A DNA stretch of 64,000 nt from Endomicrobiales bacterium (GCA_963796955.1 CAWCNJ010000006.1:64001-128000), one strand, 5' to 3'. Positions 10,160 through 19,934 are shown, counted from the stretch's first letter. Notes: generated by a model from the sequence alone, not told the origin. A program made the numbers and translations.

Positions 10160-10359
10160 CGGACACCTCCAGGGTCTTCATATTATACCCTTTTCTGTGT
10201 CCACTAAACCGGGGCAAGTCCACTACGTCCCCTATGCTAAAAGGGTTTTAATGTCTCCAAACTTGAAAAGACGCCGCAAGGAAACACGGACGTTGTTAGG
10301 TAATTAGGTATCGGTTTTGCAACGTAATCAATGGTCTAAATAGGAATAATCAAATAATG

Positions 10360-10401
10360 AAAGCCTGAAGTTCGTCGGCCGCGAAACTTCGGGCTTTTTT
10401 T
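10360..10401 (+). terminator. Intrinsic terminator-like hairpin
   Basis: AAAGCCTGAAGTT...AACTTCGGGCTTT followed by T tract. Confidence 0.65.
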
Positions 10402-10542
10402 ATTTGTCTAATGTATATCGGGCGTGGAAAGGCGTCAGGTGCTGCGCTATGCGGGTCATGGCGCGGGCGGTATTTAAGAGTATTATCAATATTGAGAACA
10501 ATACTATGACATAAGACGGTTATGTTTAAAGGCAGGTATCCT

Positions 10543-11343
10543 ATGAGAAAAATTTCACTTATTTTTGCGGCGTTGTTATTGAGTTCGGCTGCCATGGCGG
10601 ATATCGTATATTTAAAGGACGGTCAGGCGTTGCGTGGTAATGTGGTCTCGCAGGATGAAAATACGGTGGTTATAGAGACCTATAACGGCAATACCGAAAC
10701 GCTGGATAGAAAATACGTGGACAGGGTAAGCGAAGATGATACCTACAGCAACTATCGCAAGAGAATGAGACGCGGATACGAAAGCGGCGAGGGGTGGACG
10801 AGCGATGAATGGATATTTAAGTTCGGGGTGGATTTTGACGGTAAGCATGAAACCTCTAACAGCAATCTTTTTATAGTAGGGCAGGGAAATACTTCCCTTG
10901 ACGGAACGCAGGATGTGAATTCCGGGGTGGGTTTCGGCCTGGAATATGTGACCTACGACACCCAACACCTCGGTTTCGGCGGCGGTATAACCATTCAGGG
11001 TTCCCGCGGGTTGGCGGATGTTACCGGCAATTTCAGCTTTACGCCGATCTACGCGCTGGCGAAATGGCGCACGGCGTCCGACAGGCGCAACCACTATAAG
11101 TATCTGATCGGCCAGCTGGGTTACAACTTTTTCAGCGGCGACCGCGATTATCGGGGCGATAACGGCAGCCTGGACGGCGGCTTATATTTCGGCGCTGGCG
11201 CCGGTGTTACGCTTAACCGGGTGCAGTTTGAGTTGTTGTACACCGAAGATCGCGGCAAGGTACGGGCTTCGGGCTTCGACTTCGTTGAATCCGGCGATAT
11301 ACGTTATTCGAAATTGGGTTTGACCGTCGGCTTCCTGTTCTAA
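10543..11343 (+). CDS. Secreted outer-membrane beta-barrel protein
   Basis: Signal peptide (MRKISLIF...AMA), DIVYLKDGQALRGNVV N-terminal domain, amphipathic strands, terminal aromatic (GFLF); start placed at second Met. Confidence 0.7.
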   Translation: MRKISLIFAALLLSSAAMADIVYLKDGQALRGNVVSQDENTVVIETYNGNTETLDRKYVDRVSEDDTYSNYRKRMRRGYESGEGWTSDEWIFKFGVDFDGKHETSNSNLFIVGQGNTSLDGTQDVNSGVGFGLEYVTYDTQHLGFGGGITIQGSRGLADVTGNFSFTPIYALAKWRTASDRRNHYKYLIGQLGYNFFSGDRDYRGDNGSLDGGLYFGAGAGVTLNRVQFELLYTEDRGKVRASGFDFVESGDIRYSKLGLTVGFLF

Positions 11344-11366
11344 ATATTATCGTAAAGGAAAAAATT

Positions 11367-13583
11367 ATGAAGAGAATCATTCAAGCAGCTTCCCTGCTCC
11401 TGTTGTTAACCTTCGCTTTGGCGGGCCCTCTGAGGGCGGCAGCCGCGAACCCTTCGGATGAAGATCTGTGGCCGAAAGTCGTTAAGGGCGAGAACGCCGT
11501 GTTCAAGGTTTACCAGCCGCAGGTAGATGCCTGGGACGGATTCACTCTTCAGGCGCATTCGGCCATCAGCGTGCAGAAATCCGCCGGTGACAGCCACGTC
11601 GCGTATGGGGTTGCCAGCTTTACGGCAAAGACGATCGTCAATAAAGTTTCAAGGATCGTCGATTTTGAAGATCTCAAGATAAATGATCTCAGTTTCCCTT
11701 CCGATCCTGCTAAGGAAAAACCCTATCTGGACGACCTGCGCAAGACGGCTCCTCTGCAGATGAAAAGCATAGCCTTGGACCGGCTTGAGGCGAACCTTGA
11801 TATATTGGAAGAACAAAAAAAGGGCGAGGCCCACCGGCTTAACAACGAGCCGCCGAGAATACTTTTTTCGGATAAGCTTGCCGTGCTGGTGCTGATAGAC
11901 GGGGATCCGGTGTTCGGTCCGGTCAAAGGCACAACGCTTTCCCGGGTGCTGAATACGCACGTGTTGTTATTGAAGGACAGCGCCAACAGGTATTACCTGC
12001 ACGTCTTCGGCGGGTATATGCAGGCGGATAACATGAACGGTCCCTGGGCGCCGGCCGCTAAACCGCCGCAGGGCGCCGAGACGGCGGAGAAAGAAACGAA
12101 AGGGTTGGACCTTATGGACGCCGCTGCCGACACTACCGATAACAAGACCCCGCCTCCGTCATTGGCGAAGGGGGATATTCCCGTGGTATATGTCTCAACC
12201 GTGCCCGCGGAACTGATAGTGACCGAGGGGGAACCGAATTTTGTGCCGCTGGAAGGCACTAAGCTGCTGTATGTCTCCAATACCTCGGCCAATGTCTTCG
12301 AAGAAATGCGCGGACAGAAGCTGTACGTGCTTGCCTCGGGAAGGTGGTTCCGCGCCCCCTCAAAGGACGGGCCGTGGGAATATGTTCCGGCGGATAAGCT
12401 CCCCGACGACTTCGCTAATATTTCAGATAACAGCACCAAGGAGAACGTAAAAGCCTCCATTCCCGGAACGCCGCAGGCGCAGGAAGCACTGATCGCCAAC
12501 AATATACCGGACACCTCAAAAATAGACCGTTCTTCCGCTAAAATAGATATAAAGATAGACGGTGAGCCTGTGATCAAGCCGATAGAAGGAACCTCACTGT
12601 CGTATGTTTTCAACTGCTCCCTGCCGCTTATCAGGGTTGATGAGGATAGCTGGTTCGCCGTATATAACGGGGTGTGGTTCAACGCAAAAAGCGTTGACGG
12701 CCCCTGGACCGTTGCAGATTCTGTGCCGCCGGTAATATACTCCATTCCCACCGATTCACCCCTGCATTACGTTACGTATGTGCGGATCTACGATGCGAAC
12801 GACCGGTATGTGTACGAGGGCTACACCCCGGGCTATTACGGTACCGTGGTAAGCCGCGACGGTACGGTGGTATACGGCACGGGTTACGCCTATCCGTCAT
12901 ATATCGGTAACGATTATTGGTATCCGCCGATGTATACCTACGGCTTCGGCAGCGATCTGTGCTGGACGCCGTGGTATGGCTGGAGTTTCGGGTTCGGCTT
13001 CGGTTGGGGCTTTGGGCCCGCCTGGTTCGACCTTGATTTCCCCTTCTTTTTCCACGACAGGTTCTTCAACAGGTTCGGCGAGCGCCACCGCAGGTTCGGG
13101 AATTTTGGCCATTTCGGCAGGGCTTATAACTCAAGAAATGGTATGATAATAACCGGTCATGGCCAGCCTCACGCGATCAGAAATGTTTTCCACGGCGGCA
13201 GCAGCAGAATGGGCACCGCTCTCGGCGGAAGCCGCCATGTCTACGGTACCAGGTCGGGCCATGTCTATTCTTATACGCCGCGGGGGAATACCGGCTCCTG
13301 GGGCTCTTTGGGCCGTCAGCCCAGGCAGGTGCCCTCAGTGGGCAGGGAAGCGCCAAACTCGCTTAACCGCGAAATGCGCGGCAGGGAGACCGGCGAAACA
13401 CGGTTCCGCAGTTTCAGGGAAAATCGCGGTATGGGCAGCTGGGGCGGGCATGAAAGCGGCCCCGCGCAAAGCCCGGGTACCACGGCGCCTGAAGCGCCGC
13501 GAGGCGGTGCCGGAAGCTCTGGAAGCTCCGGAGGGTCCGGAGGCGGCGGCGGTCACATGGGCGGTTGGGGCGGACGGCGGTAA
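11367..13583 (+). CDS. Large secreted hypothetical protein with Trp/Tyr-rich repeats and Gly/Arg-rich disordered tail
   Basis: Signal peptide; repeated WF.A.S..GPW motifs; YTPGYYG, WGFG region; low-complexity C-terminus. Confidence 0.7.
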   Translation: MKRIIQAASLLLLLTFALAGPLRAAAANPSDEDLWPKVVKGENAVFKVYQPQVDAWDGFTLQAHSAISVQKSAGDSHVAYGVASFTAKTIVNKVSRIVDFEDLKINDLSFPSDPAKEKPYLDDLRKTAPLQMKSIALDRLEANLDILEEQKKGEAHRLNNEPPRILFSDKLAVLVLIDGDPVFGPVKGTTLSRVLNTHVLLLKDSANRYYLHVFGGYMQADNMNGPWAPAAKPPQGAETAEKETKGLDLMDAAADTTDNKTPPPSLAKGDIPVVYVSTVPAELIVTEGEPNFVPLEGTKLLYVSNTSANVFEEMRGQKLYVLASGRWFRAPSKDGPWEYVPADKLPDDFANISDNSTKENVKASIPGTPQAQEALIANNIPDTSKIDRSSAKIDIKIDGEPVIKPIEGTSLSYVFNCSLPLIRVDEDSWFAVYNGVWFNAKSVDGPWTVADSVPPVIYSIPTDSPLHYVTYVRIYDANDRYVYEGYTPGYYGTVVSRDGTVVYGTGYAYPSYIGNDYWYPPMYTYGFGSDLCWTPWYGWSFGFGFGWGFGPAWFDLDFPFFFHDRFFNRFGERHRRFGNFGHFGRAYNSRNGMIITGHGQPHAIRNVFHGGSSRMGTALGGSRHVYGTRSGHVYSYTPRGNTGSWGSLGRQPRQVPSVGREAPNSLNREMRGRETGETRFRSFRENRGMGSWGGHESGPAQSPGTTAPEAPRGGAGSSGSSGGSGGGGGHMGGWGGRR

Positions 13584-13586
13584 CAT

Positions 13587-14666
13587 ATGCTAAAAAATAT
13601 TATTATCATCTTTACCATATGTGCGGCATTTACAGGGGGCATACAGGCTATGGAAAATAAAACAGATACGGCAACTTTCGCCGGCGGGTGTTTTTGGTGC
13701 ATGGTGCATCCGTTCGACACGTATGCCGGCGTCAGCAAGGTCGTTTCGGGTTATGCCGGCGGTACGGGCAAGAGCCCTACCTATGAGGATTACGCTGAAA
13801 AAGGGTATGTAGAGGCCGTACAGATAACCTTCGACCCTTCCGTCATATCGTATGAACGGTTGCTGGATATATTCTGGAAGCAGATAGATCCGACGGACGC
13901 CGGCGGTGAGTTCGTCGACCGCGGGCCGCAGTACCGCTCTGCCATATTTTATCATGACAACGAACAAAAACAGACGGCACTGAAAACGAAACAGGAACTG
14001 GCCTCCTCGGGCAAATTCACAAAACCGATCGTTACGGAAATACTGCCGTTCACTAATTTTTACCCCGCCGAGGATTATCACCAGGATTATTACAAAAAAA
14101 ATCCGGTGAAATATAAATATTACCGCCATAACGCCGGCAGGGACCAGTTCCTGAACAAGGTCTGGAAGGATCAGCGCAACACGCCTGAGCTGACGGGCTC
14201 CACCGCCACCGTTAGTTCCGCAATATCAAAAGATGAACTTAAAAGCAGGCTGAGCCCGATACAATATGAGGTTACGCAGCTGAAGGGCACCGAAAAGCCC
14301 TTTAAGAACGAATACTGGGACAATGAACGCGACGGCATTTATGTGGATATCGTTTCGGGCGAGCCGCTGTTCAGCTCTCTCGATAAATTTGATTCGGCTA
14401 CCGGGTGGCCCAGCTTTACGCGCCCGCTGGAACCGGATAATATCGTTGAGAAACCTGACAACACCCTGTTCGTTACCAGAACAGAGGTGCGCAGCAAGCA
14501 CGGGGACTCCCATCTGGGCCACGTTTTTAAGGACGGCCCGAAACCGACGGGACTGCGTTATTGCATGAACTCAGCGGCCCTCCGGTTCATCTCAAAAGAA
14601 AATCTCGAAAAAGAAGGCTACGGGCAATACACGAAGCTGTTCGAGAACCAGCTGCAGCATAGATAA
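13587..14666 (+). CDS. msrAB: Exported bifunctional methionine sulfoxide reductase MsrA/MsrB
   Basis: [18 protein letters not shown] (MsrA); [20 protein letters not shown] (MsrB); N-terminal signal peptide. Confidence 0.95.
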   Translation: MLKNIIIIFTICAAFTGGIQAMENKTDTATFAGGCFWCMVHPFDTYAGVSKVVSGYAGGTGKSPTYEDYAEKGYVEAVQITFDPSVISYERLLDIFWKQIDPTDAGGEFVDRGPQYRSAIFYHDNEQKQTALKTKQELASSGKFTKPIVTEILPFTNFYPAEDYHQDYYKKNPVKYKYYRHNAGRDQFLNKVWKDQRNTPELTGSTATVSSAISKDELKSRLSPIQYEVTQLKGTEKPFKNEYWDNERDGIYVDIVSGEPLFSSLDKFDSATGWPSFTRPLEPDNIVEKPDNTLFVTRTEVRSKHGDSHLGHVFKDGPKPTGLRYCMNSAALRFISKENLEKEGYGQYTKLFENQLQHR

Positions 14667-14696
14667 TGATTCCCTGTTCGGGGTGAGGTTGGGCGT

Positions 14697-15383
14697 TTGA
14701 AAATATCGATAATAATACCGGTGTACCATGAAGCCGCTCGGATCAACGCGCTGCTGGAAGAGTTGCGCTCGGGCGGGGCCGGTAAACCTTTTGAAATTAT
14801 CGTCGTGGATGGAAGCCCGTCTAAAGATACGCTGCGGGTTATAACAGATCCGGACGTGAAACAAAGGGTTTCCGCCAAGGGGCGCGCCGCGCAGATGAAT
14901 GCCGGCGCATCTATGGCCGGCGGCGACATCCTCCTGTTCCTGCATGCCGACACGCGTTTGCCTCAAGACGCTTTGCAGGATATTACCGCTCAAGTGCGTC
15001 TGGGCTTTGATGCCGGCGCCTTCGAATTAAAACTGGATTCCGCTCATCCCTTCCTTCGTTTTGTGTCGTTTACCGCCTCTTTCAGGTCCAAACTCCTCAA
15101 GATGCCCTTCGGCGATCAGGCGCTGTTCGTTAAGACCGGTATGTTCCGGTCGATAGGCGGCTTTACGGATATGGCGTTGATGGAAGATTTTGACCTGATG
15201 AAAAGGCTGAAGAAAAAGGGCTGCCGTATAGGTATCATAGATAAACCGGTGATCTCATCGGCGAGGAAGTGGGAGAGCGGCGGCATATACCGCAACACCG
15301 TTCGAAATCATTTGATGCGGCTGCTCTATCGTTTCGGAGCGGCCCCGGCCGTGCTTGAAAAATTCTATTATGGCGAACAATGA
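14697..15383 (+). CDS. GT2 glycosyltransferase, TIGR04283-like (radical SAM/arsenosugar-associated)
   Basis: ISIIIPV, GRAAQMNAGA, LLFLHADT, PFGDQALF, LMED, SARKW. Confidence 0.88.
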   Translation: MKISIIIPVYHEAARINALLEELRSGGAGKPFEIIVVDGSPSKDTLRVITDPDVKQRVSAKGRAAQMNAGASMAGGDILLFLHADTRLPQDALQDITAQVRLGFDAGAFELKLDSAHPFLRFVSFTASFRSKLLKMPFGDQALFVKTGMFRSIGGFTDMALMEDFDLMKRLKKKGCRIGIIDKPVISSARKWESGGIYRNTVRNHLMRLLYRFGAAPAVLEKFYYGEQ

Positions 15384-16917
15384 ATGTGTGGCGGTCTTTC
15401 TTAAATACCCCCAAAGGGGAAAAGTTAAGACGAGGCTCGCAAAAGGAATAGGCAGCACCAGTGCGACCTCTCTTTACGCTGCCATGGTGGAAAAGATAGT
15501 CCATGAGGCGAAAAACTCGGGGCGTGTTGTTGCCGTATTCTGTTCGCCGGCGAATGCGTTGCCTGCGATACGACAATGGCTGGGCACAGGCTGTCTGTAT
15601 TTCACTCAAAAAGGGCGCGGCCTTGGCGCCCGCATGAGGAACGCGTTTACCGAGCTCTTTGAAGCCGGGTACGAAAATGTCGTGCTGAGCGGCAGCGATA
15701 TACCGGCGTTGGATAAAACTATTTTTGTGAAAGCCTTTAAGGCGTTACAGGGCACCGGCGCGGCGCTTGGACCGAGCGTTGACGGCGGTTATTATCTGAT
15801 CGGATCAGCTAAAAGGTCGTTTAACGGTGATATCTTTAAGGGTATACCCTGGAGCGGTCCTGACGTGTTTTTCCAAACGGTCGCCGCCGCGCGGAAGAAT
15901 AATATAATCTTTACGCTGCTGCCCCGGCTGCGCGATATAGACGATGCCGACGGGCTGGAGGCCGGTATGATCGAGAGTTTTCAACAGCGTCTGAAAAAGG
16001 CCGGCCATTTTCCGCTTAAAGCGGATTCCGTCGGTGTGCTGCAGCTGAACGTCGGCAGGAAATGCAACCTATCCTGCGCTCATTGCCACGTAGAGGCGGG
16101 CCCGCACAGAACGGAAGTTATGGGCAGGGAAACCTTTGCCGACTGCCTGAATGTGATAAAGAACGCGCCGGGTATCCACACCGTTGATATAACGGGCGGA
16201 GCCCCGGAGCTGAACCCGTCCCTGGAATGGTTCCTGGGTGAAGTTTCAAAGCTTTCCCGGCGGCTTATCGTCCGCACGAATCTGGCCATACTGACAGAAA
16301 AGCCGTACAAAAAATTTATCGGTATCTATGCAGCCAACAAGATCGAGGTTTGCGGTTCGCTTCCCTGCTATCTTTCAGAAAATGCAGACAGTCAGCGGGG
16401 CAAGGGGAATTTCGCCAAATGCGTTGAGGCGCTGCAGGCGTTGAACACCCTCGGTTACGGCAAAGAAGGTTCCGGTCTTATACTGGATCTGGTACACAAC
16501 CCTGTGGAGGCTGCCCTGCCAGGCCCGCAAAAAGATTTGGAAGAGGCCTACAAAAAACATTTGAAGGCCGGTTACAACATAGAGTTCAATACCCTGTTCT
16601 GCCTGACCAATATTCCTGTTGGACGGTATCGTAAGACGCTTAGAGAGGAAGGACGGCTTGAAACGTATATGCAGGCATTGGCGAACGCCTACAACCCTGC
16701 CACGATACAGAGCGTTATGTGCAGGAACACGGTTTCCGTGGGCTGGGACGGCCGGCTCTATGACTGTGATTTTAACCAGATGCTGGAAATGCCGGCGGGA
16801 ACTTCCATAAAAGATTTTGACGGTACCAGGCTGAAGGATCGTACCATTCAGACCGGCAGCCACTGCTACGGTTGTACCGCAGGAAGCGGTTCTTCCTGCC
16901 AGGGGACGGTTATTTGA
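15370..16917 (+). CDS. arsS: Fusion of DUF2064/TIGR04282-like glycosyltransferase and ArsS-like radical SAM protein
   Basis: N-half KYP..GKVKTRLA, LGARM, GSDIP, LGPSVDGGYYLIG, DIDD; C-half CNLSCAHC, DITGGAPE, YDCDFNQ, HCYGCTAGSGSSCQG. Confidence 0.85.
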   Translation: MANNECVAVFLKYPQRGKVKTRLAKGIGSTSATSLYAAMVEKIVHEAKNSGRVVAVFCSPANALPAIRQWLGTGCLYFTQKGRGLGARMRNAFTELFEAGYENVVLSGSDIPALDKTIFVKAFKALQGTGAALGPSVDGGYYLIGSAKRSFNGDIFKGIPWSGPDVFFQTVAAARKNNIIFTLLPRLRDIDDADGLEAGMIESFQQRLKKAGHFPLKADSVGVLQLNVGRKCNLSCAHCHVEAGPHRTEVMGRETFADCLNVIKNAPGIHTVDITGGAPELNPSLEWFLGEVSKLSRRLIVRTNLAILTEKPYKKFIGIYAANKIEVCGSLPCYLSENADSQRGKGNFAKCVEALQALNTLGYGKEGSGLILDLVHNPVEAALPGPQKDLEEAYKKHLKAGYNIEFNTLFCLTNIPVGRYRKTLREEGRLETYMQALANAYNPATIQSVMCRNTVSVGWDGRLYDCDFNQMLEMPAGTSIKDFDGTRLKDRTIQTGSHCYGCTAGSGSSCQGTVI

Positions 16918-17567
16918 AAAAGCTGACGAAAGTAGTTTTATTCATTGTAGTGATCGCCGTTCTTGCCCTGGCCGCCCATCAGCTGGGACTCGGCGAGCGC
17001 CTTGCCCAGTTACGGGAATGGATCATCTCGCTTGGGTATTGGGGTCCGCTGGTTTTTATGATTGTTTACGCGTTTGCGGTAACTCTGCTGGTGCCGGCGT
17101 CGGCGTTGACCATTACCGCAGGGGCGATCTTCGGCTCGGGGTGGGGCGTCGTGGTGGTAAGTATTGCCTCGAGCGCCGGCGCGGCGCTGTCTTTTGTTAT
17201 AGCGCGTTATTTCGCGCGCGATCTGGTTGAGGCTTGGGCCCGCAGGAACCGGAGCTTTGCGAAACTGTACGAACTTACCGGCAGCAAGGGCGGTGTGATA
17301 GTGGCGCTGACCAGGCTGGTGCCTTTGTTCCCCTACACGCTGTTGAATTATGGTTTCGGTTTAACAAAAGTTGGCTTTAAGACATATTTATTCTGGTCGT
17401 GGTTGTGCATGCTGCCGGGCACGGTCCTCTATGTCGTCGGCGGCGATGTGGTCGTAAAAACCATCATGCGCGGCAAATTGCCCTGGGTCCTTATCGGTGT
17501 GCTGGCGGCCGTTATTGTCCTGCTTGGCGTGCTGGTGAGTTTCGCTCAAAGAAGGTTAAAAGAATGA
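16914..17567 (+). CDS. TVP38/TMEM64 (VTT/DedA-like) membrane protein
   Basis: LTITAGAIFG, RLVPLFPYTLLNY; TTG start overlaps upstream TGA. Confidence 0.88.
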   Translation: MKKLTKVVLFIVVIAVLALAAHQLGLGERLAQLREWIISLGYWGPLVFMIVYAFAVTLLVPASALTITAGAIFGSGWGVVVVSIASSAGAALSFVIARYFARDLVEAWARRNRSFAKLYELTGSKGGVIVALTRLVPLFPYTLLNYGFGLTKVGFKTYLFWSWLCMLPGTVLYVVGGDVVVKTIMRGKLPWVLIGVLAAVIVLLGVLVSFAQRRLKE

Positions 17568-18994
17568 AATACGAATATCATGCCATCATTATCGGCGGCG
17601 GCAGCGCGGGCCTTACCGTCGCCTCTGGTTGCGCGGCGCTGGGCGCCGGGGTTGCGCTCATAGAAAAAGGAAAAATGGGCGGCGACTGCCTTAACAACGG
17701 CTGTGTGCCCAGTAAGGCGTTCTTAAGGTCGGCGCATCTGCTTAACGAAATACGGTCCTCGGACCGTCTGAATATCACGGCGAAATATGAAGCGGTCGAT
17801 ATTAAGCGTATCATGGAACGGGTGCGCAACATCATTGGGGCTATCGCTCCGCATGATTCAAAAGAGCGTTTTGAAAAACTGGGCGTCAGCGTTATACGGG
17901 GGGAGGCTGTGCTGCTGGACAACCATCGCGTGAAAGCGAACGGCGTAACCCTGACCGGTAAGCATATCGTTATCGCCGCCGGCTCAAAGCCTGCGCTGCC
18001 GCCGATCCCCGGGTTAAAAGACGTGCCGTATTTTACCAACGAAAGCATTTTTAATATCGATGCGCTGCCGAAACATCTGCTGGTGCTCGGCGCGGGCCCC
18101 ATCGGCCTGGAGCTCGGCCAGGCCTTCAAGTATCTGGGGAGCGAGGTTTCCATAATAGATCTGCTTCCCTGTCTGTTGCCAAATGATGATGCGGAGGCCG
18201 GCCGCCTTTTGGGACAAAAGCTTGCCGGGGAAGGCGTCAATTTCCATCTCGGTTCAAAGATCATCGGGACAAAGCCGGTGCCCGGCGGCGTTGCCGTGAC
18301 CGTTGAAAAGAACGGCGTGCTGCAGGAGCTGGCGGGCGATATGCTGCTGGTAGCGCTCGGCCGTGCGCCGGCGGTAAAGGGCCTGGGACTTGAAAATGCC
18401 GGTGTGAAGCTCGATGAGCGCGGCTATATCGTCACGGATGACCGGTTCCTGACGAGCGCCGGGAATATTTATGCCTGCGGCGACTGCGCCGTGGTAGGCG
18501 GCCATGGCCCCTATCAATTCACGCATACCGCCGGTTATCAGGGAGCCATCGTGGCGCGCAACCTGATAGTACCTTTTAAGGGATCCATGGACCACGCCAT
18601 TGTTCCCTGGGTCACGTATACCACACCTGAGGTGGCCCATGTCGGCCTCACGGAACACGTCGCGGCGGACCGCGGTCTGTTCGGCCATTCTATCGTCGTA
18701 GATCTTGATAATGCCGACCGTTCTAAAACCGACGGCGAAGAAGGCGGTTTTCTGAAGCTGGTCGTAGGAAGCAACGGCCGTGTTGTCGGTGTTACTATCG
18801 TTGCTGAGAAAGCGGGAGAGATGATAGGGGCCGGCATACTGGCTGTAAAAAATAAACTCAAACCTTCGGTGTTCGCCTCCCTGATGTTCCCCTATCCGAC
18901 CCAGTCGGAACTCTACAAGACGGCCGCCTACCTTTCGTTGAAGGATTCTTTCAAGCCCTGGATGAAAAACCTGGTTAAAAAATTCTTGATCTGA
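17564..18994 (+). CDS. FAD-dependent pyridine nucleotide-disulfide oxidoreductase (MerA/LPD-like)
   Basis: IGGGSAG, GGDCLNNGCVPSK, GAGPIGLE, PYPTQSE; ATG overlaps upstream TGA. Confidence 0.9.
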   Translation: MKYEYHAIIIGGGSAGLTVASGCAALGAGVALIEKGKMGGDCLNNGCVPSKAFLRSAHLLNEIRSSDRLNITAKYEAVDIKRIMERVRNIIGAIAPHDSKERFEKLGVSVIRGEAVLLDNHRVKANGVTLTGKHIVIAAGSKPALPPIPGLKDVPYFTNESIFNIDALPKHLLVLGAGPIGLELGQAFKYLGSEVSIIDLLPCLLPNDDAEAGRLLGQKLAGEGVNFHLGSKIIGTKPVPGGVAVTVEKNGVLQELAGDMLLVALGRAPAVKGLGLENAGVKLDERGYIVTDDRFLTSAGNIYACGDCAVVGGHGPYQFTHTAGYQGAIVARNLIVPFKGSMDHAIVPWVTYTTPEVAHVGLTEHVAADRGLFGHSIVVDLDNADRSKTDGEEGGFLKLVVGSNGRVVGVTIVAEKAGEMIGAGILAVKNKLKPSVFASLMFPYPTQSELYKTAAYLSLKDSFKPWMKNLVKKFLI

Positions 18995-19122
18995 CGATAC
19001 CCCGGGAAACTGATCAGTGTCCGGTAGCGCCCGGCTATGGTCTGAGATTTTTATGTTTGCGATAATATCAGCTGATACTATTTCAAACTAAATTCTCTAG
19101 TTTTCGATCCCCGGGGGACACT

Positions 19123-19314
19123 ATGGATAACTACAGGTGTAAGGTGTGCGGCTATGTTTACGAGCCGGCCGAAGGCGACGCCAGCCAGCATGTAACGCCC
19201 AATACGCCTTTTGAAAGCCTGCCGGATGACTGGCTTTGCCCGGAATGCGGCGCCGACCAGGCGGAGTTCGAGATGGTGGACGAGTGCGACAGGCCTGTTC
19301 AGGATGTTATATGA
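19123..19314 (+). CDS. Rubredoxin
   Basis: CKVCGYVY...FESLPDDWLCPECG. Confidence 0.93.
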   Translation: MDNYRCKVCGYVYEPAEGDASQHVTPNTPFESLPDDWLCPECGADQAEFEMVDECDRPVQDVI

Positions 19315-19934
19315 AGAGCGGCAAAAAGGCGGTTTTCTTTCCGGGTCTGGCTGCCGTTTTGCTTATAGCAGGCTGTGCCACCACGCTGATAACCTCCAGC
19401 TGGCGGGACAGGAACTATACCGCCTACCCGAACAAGATACTGGTTATCGCCATCGCAAAAAGCCCCTCTGAAAAAAGATCCTTTGAAGATGACTTTGTCG
19501 GCCTGCTGAAAGCCCGGGGAAATGACGCGATAGCCGGCTACGCCGTTATCCCGGATGAAGTGCAGGAAGACACCGCGGCGATATCTGCGGCGATGTATAA
19601 AACCGGTTCCGATACGCTGCTGGTAACAAGGCTTGCCTCGAAAGACTCGATCTGCACCTACGGCAATGACCCTTCCGTCCCCAATATGTACCCAAGCTAC
19701 TACAACACCTGGCGGGATTACTGCGGGAACGTATATTCGAACCGGAACGCGCCCTATTACGTGTATGAAGATGTTTACGCGGCGATAGAAACGAACATGT
19801 ACTCCGGACAGAAAGACGATCTGGTCTGGTCGGCCTCCTCGACCAGCGAGATCTACGGCAGTGACCAGCGGTATATCAGGTCGTATACGGACGTTATGGT
19901 AAAAACTATGGCACGGCGTCATTTGATCAAATAA
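19311..19934 (+). CDS. Putative lipoprotein
   Basis: Lipobox IAGC after a hydrophobic signal; ATG overlaps rubredoxin stop. Confidence 0.75.
   Translation: MKSGKKAVFFPGLAAVLLIAGCATTLITSSWRDRNYTAYPNKILVIAIAKSPSEKRSFEDDFVGLLKARGNDAIAGYAVIPDEVQEDTAAISAAMYKTGSDTLLVTRLASKDSICTYGNDPSVPNMYPSYYNTWRDYCGNVYSNRNAPYYVYEDVYAAIETNMYSGQKDDLVWSASSTSEIYGSDQRYIRSYTDVMVKTMARRHLIK

Larger units (their letters stand above)
8983..10222 (-). mobile_element. IS3-family insertion sequence, 1240 bp
   Basis: TG...CA ends, 26-bp IRs (22/26 match), 3-bp target duplication CTA (8980-8982, 10223-10225), orfA/orfB layout. Confidence 0.95.
7913..10234 (+). mobile_element. Y1/RAYT-type transposase unit bounded by 32-bp terminal inverted repeats; right repeat split by an IS3
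   Basis: Left TAGGGGACGTAGTTAAGTATGTAAGTATTGAC (7913-7944); its exact reverse complement is rebuilt from 8960-8982 plus 10226-10234. Confidence 0.8.

Noticed and set aside
2348..10400. Integrative island anchored at tRNA-Gln
   Set aside because: No duplicated tRNA 3' end and no integrase gene seen; accessory content alone is not enough
10235..10401. Possible riboswitch ahead of the 10360 terminator
   Set aside because: No recognisable aptamer consensus by eye; needs an Rfam search
15370..16917. Selenocysteine read-through in the radical SAM domain
   Set aside because: All motif positions are Cys codons, and the terminal TGA overlaps the next start at the normal family end
17564..18994. Mercuric reductase MerA
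   Set aside because: No C-terminal Cys-Cys pair, no NmerA domain and no mer genes nearby
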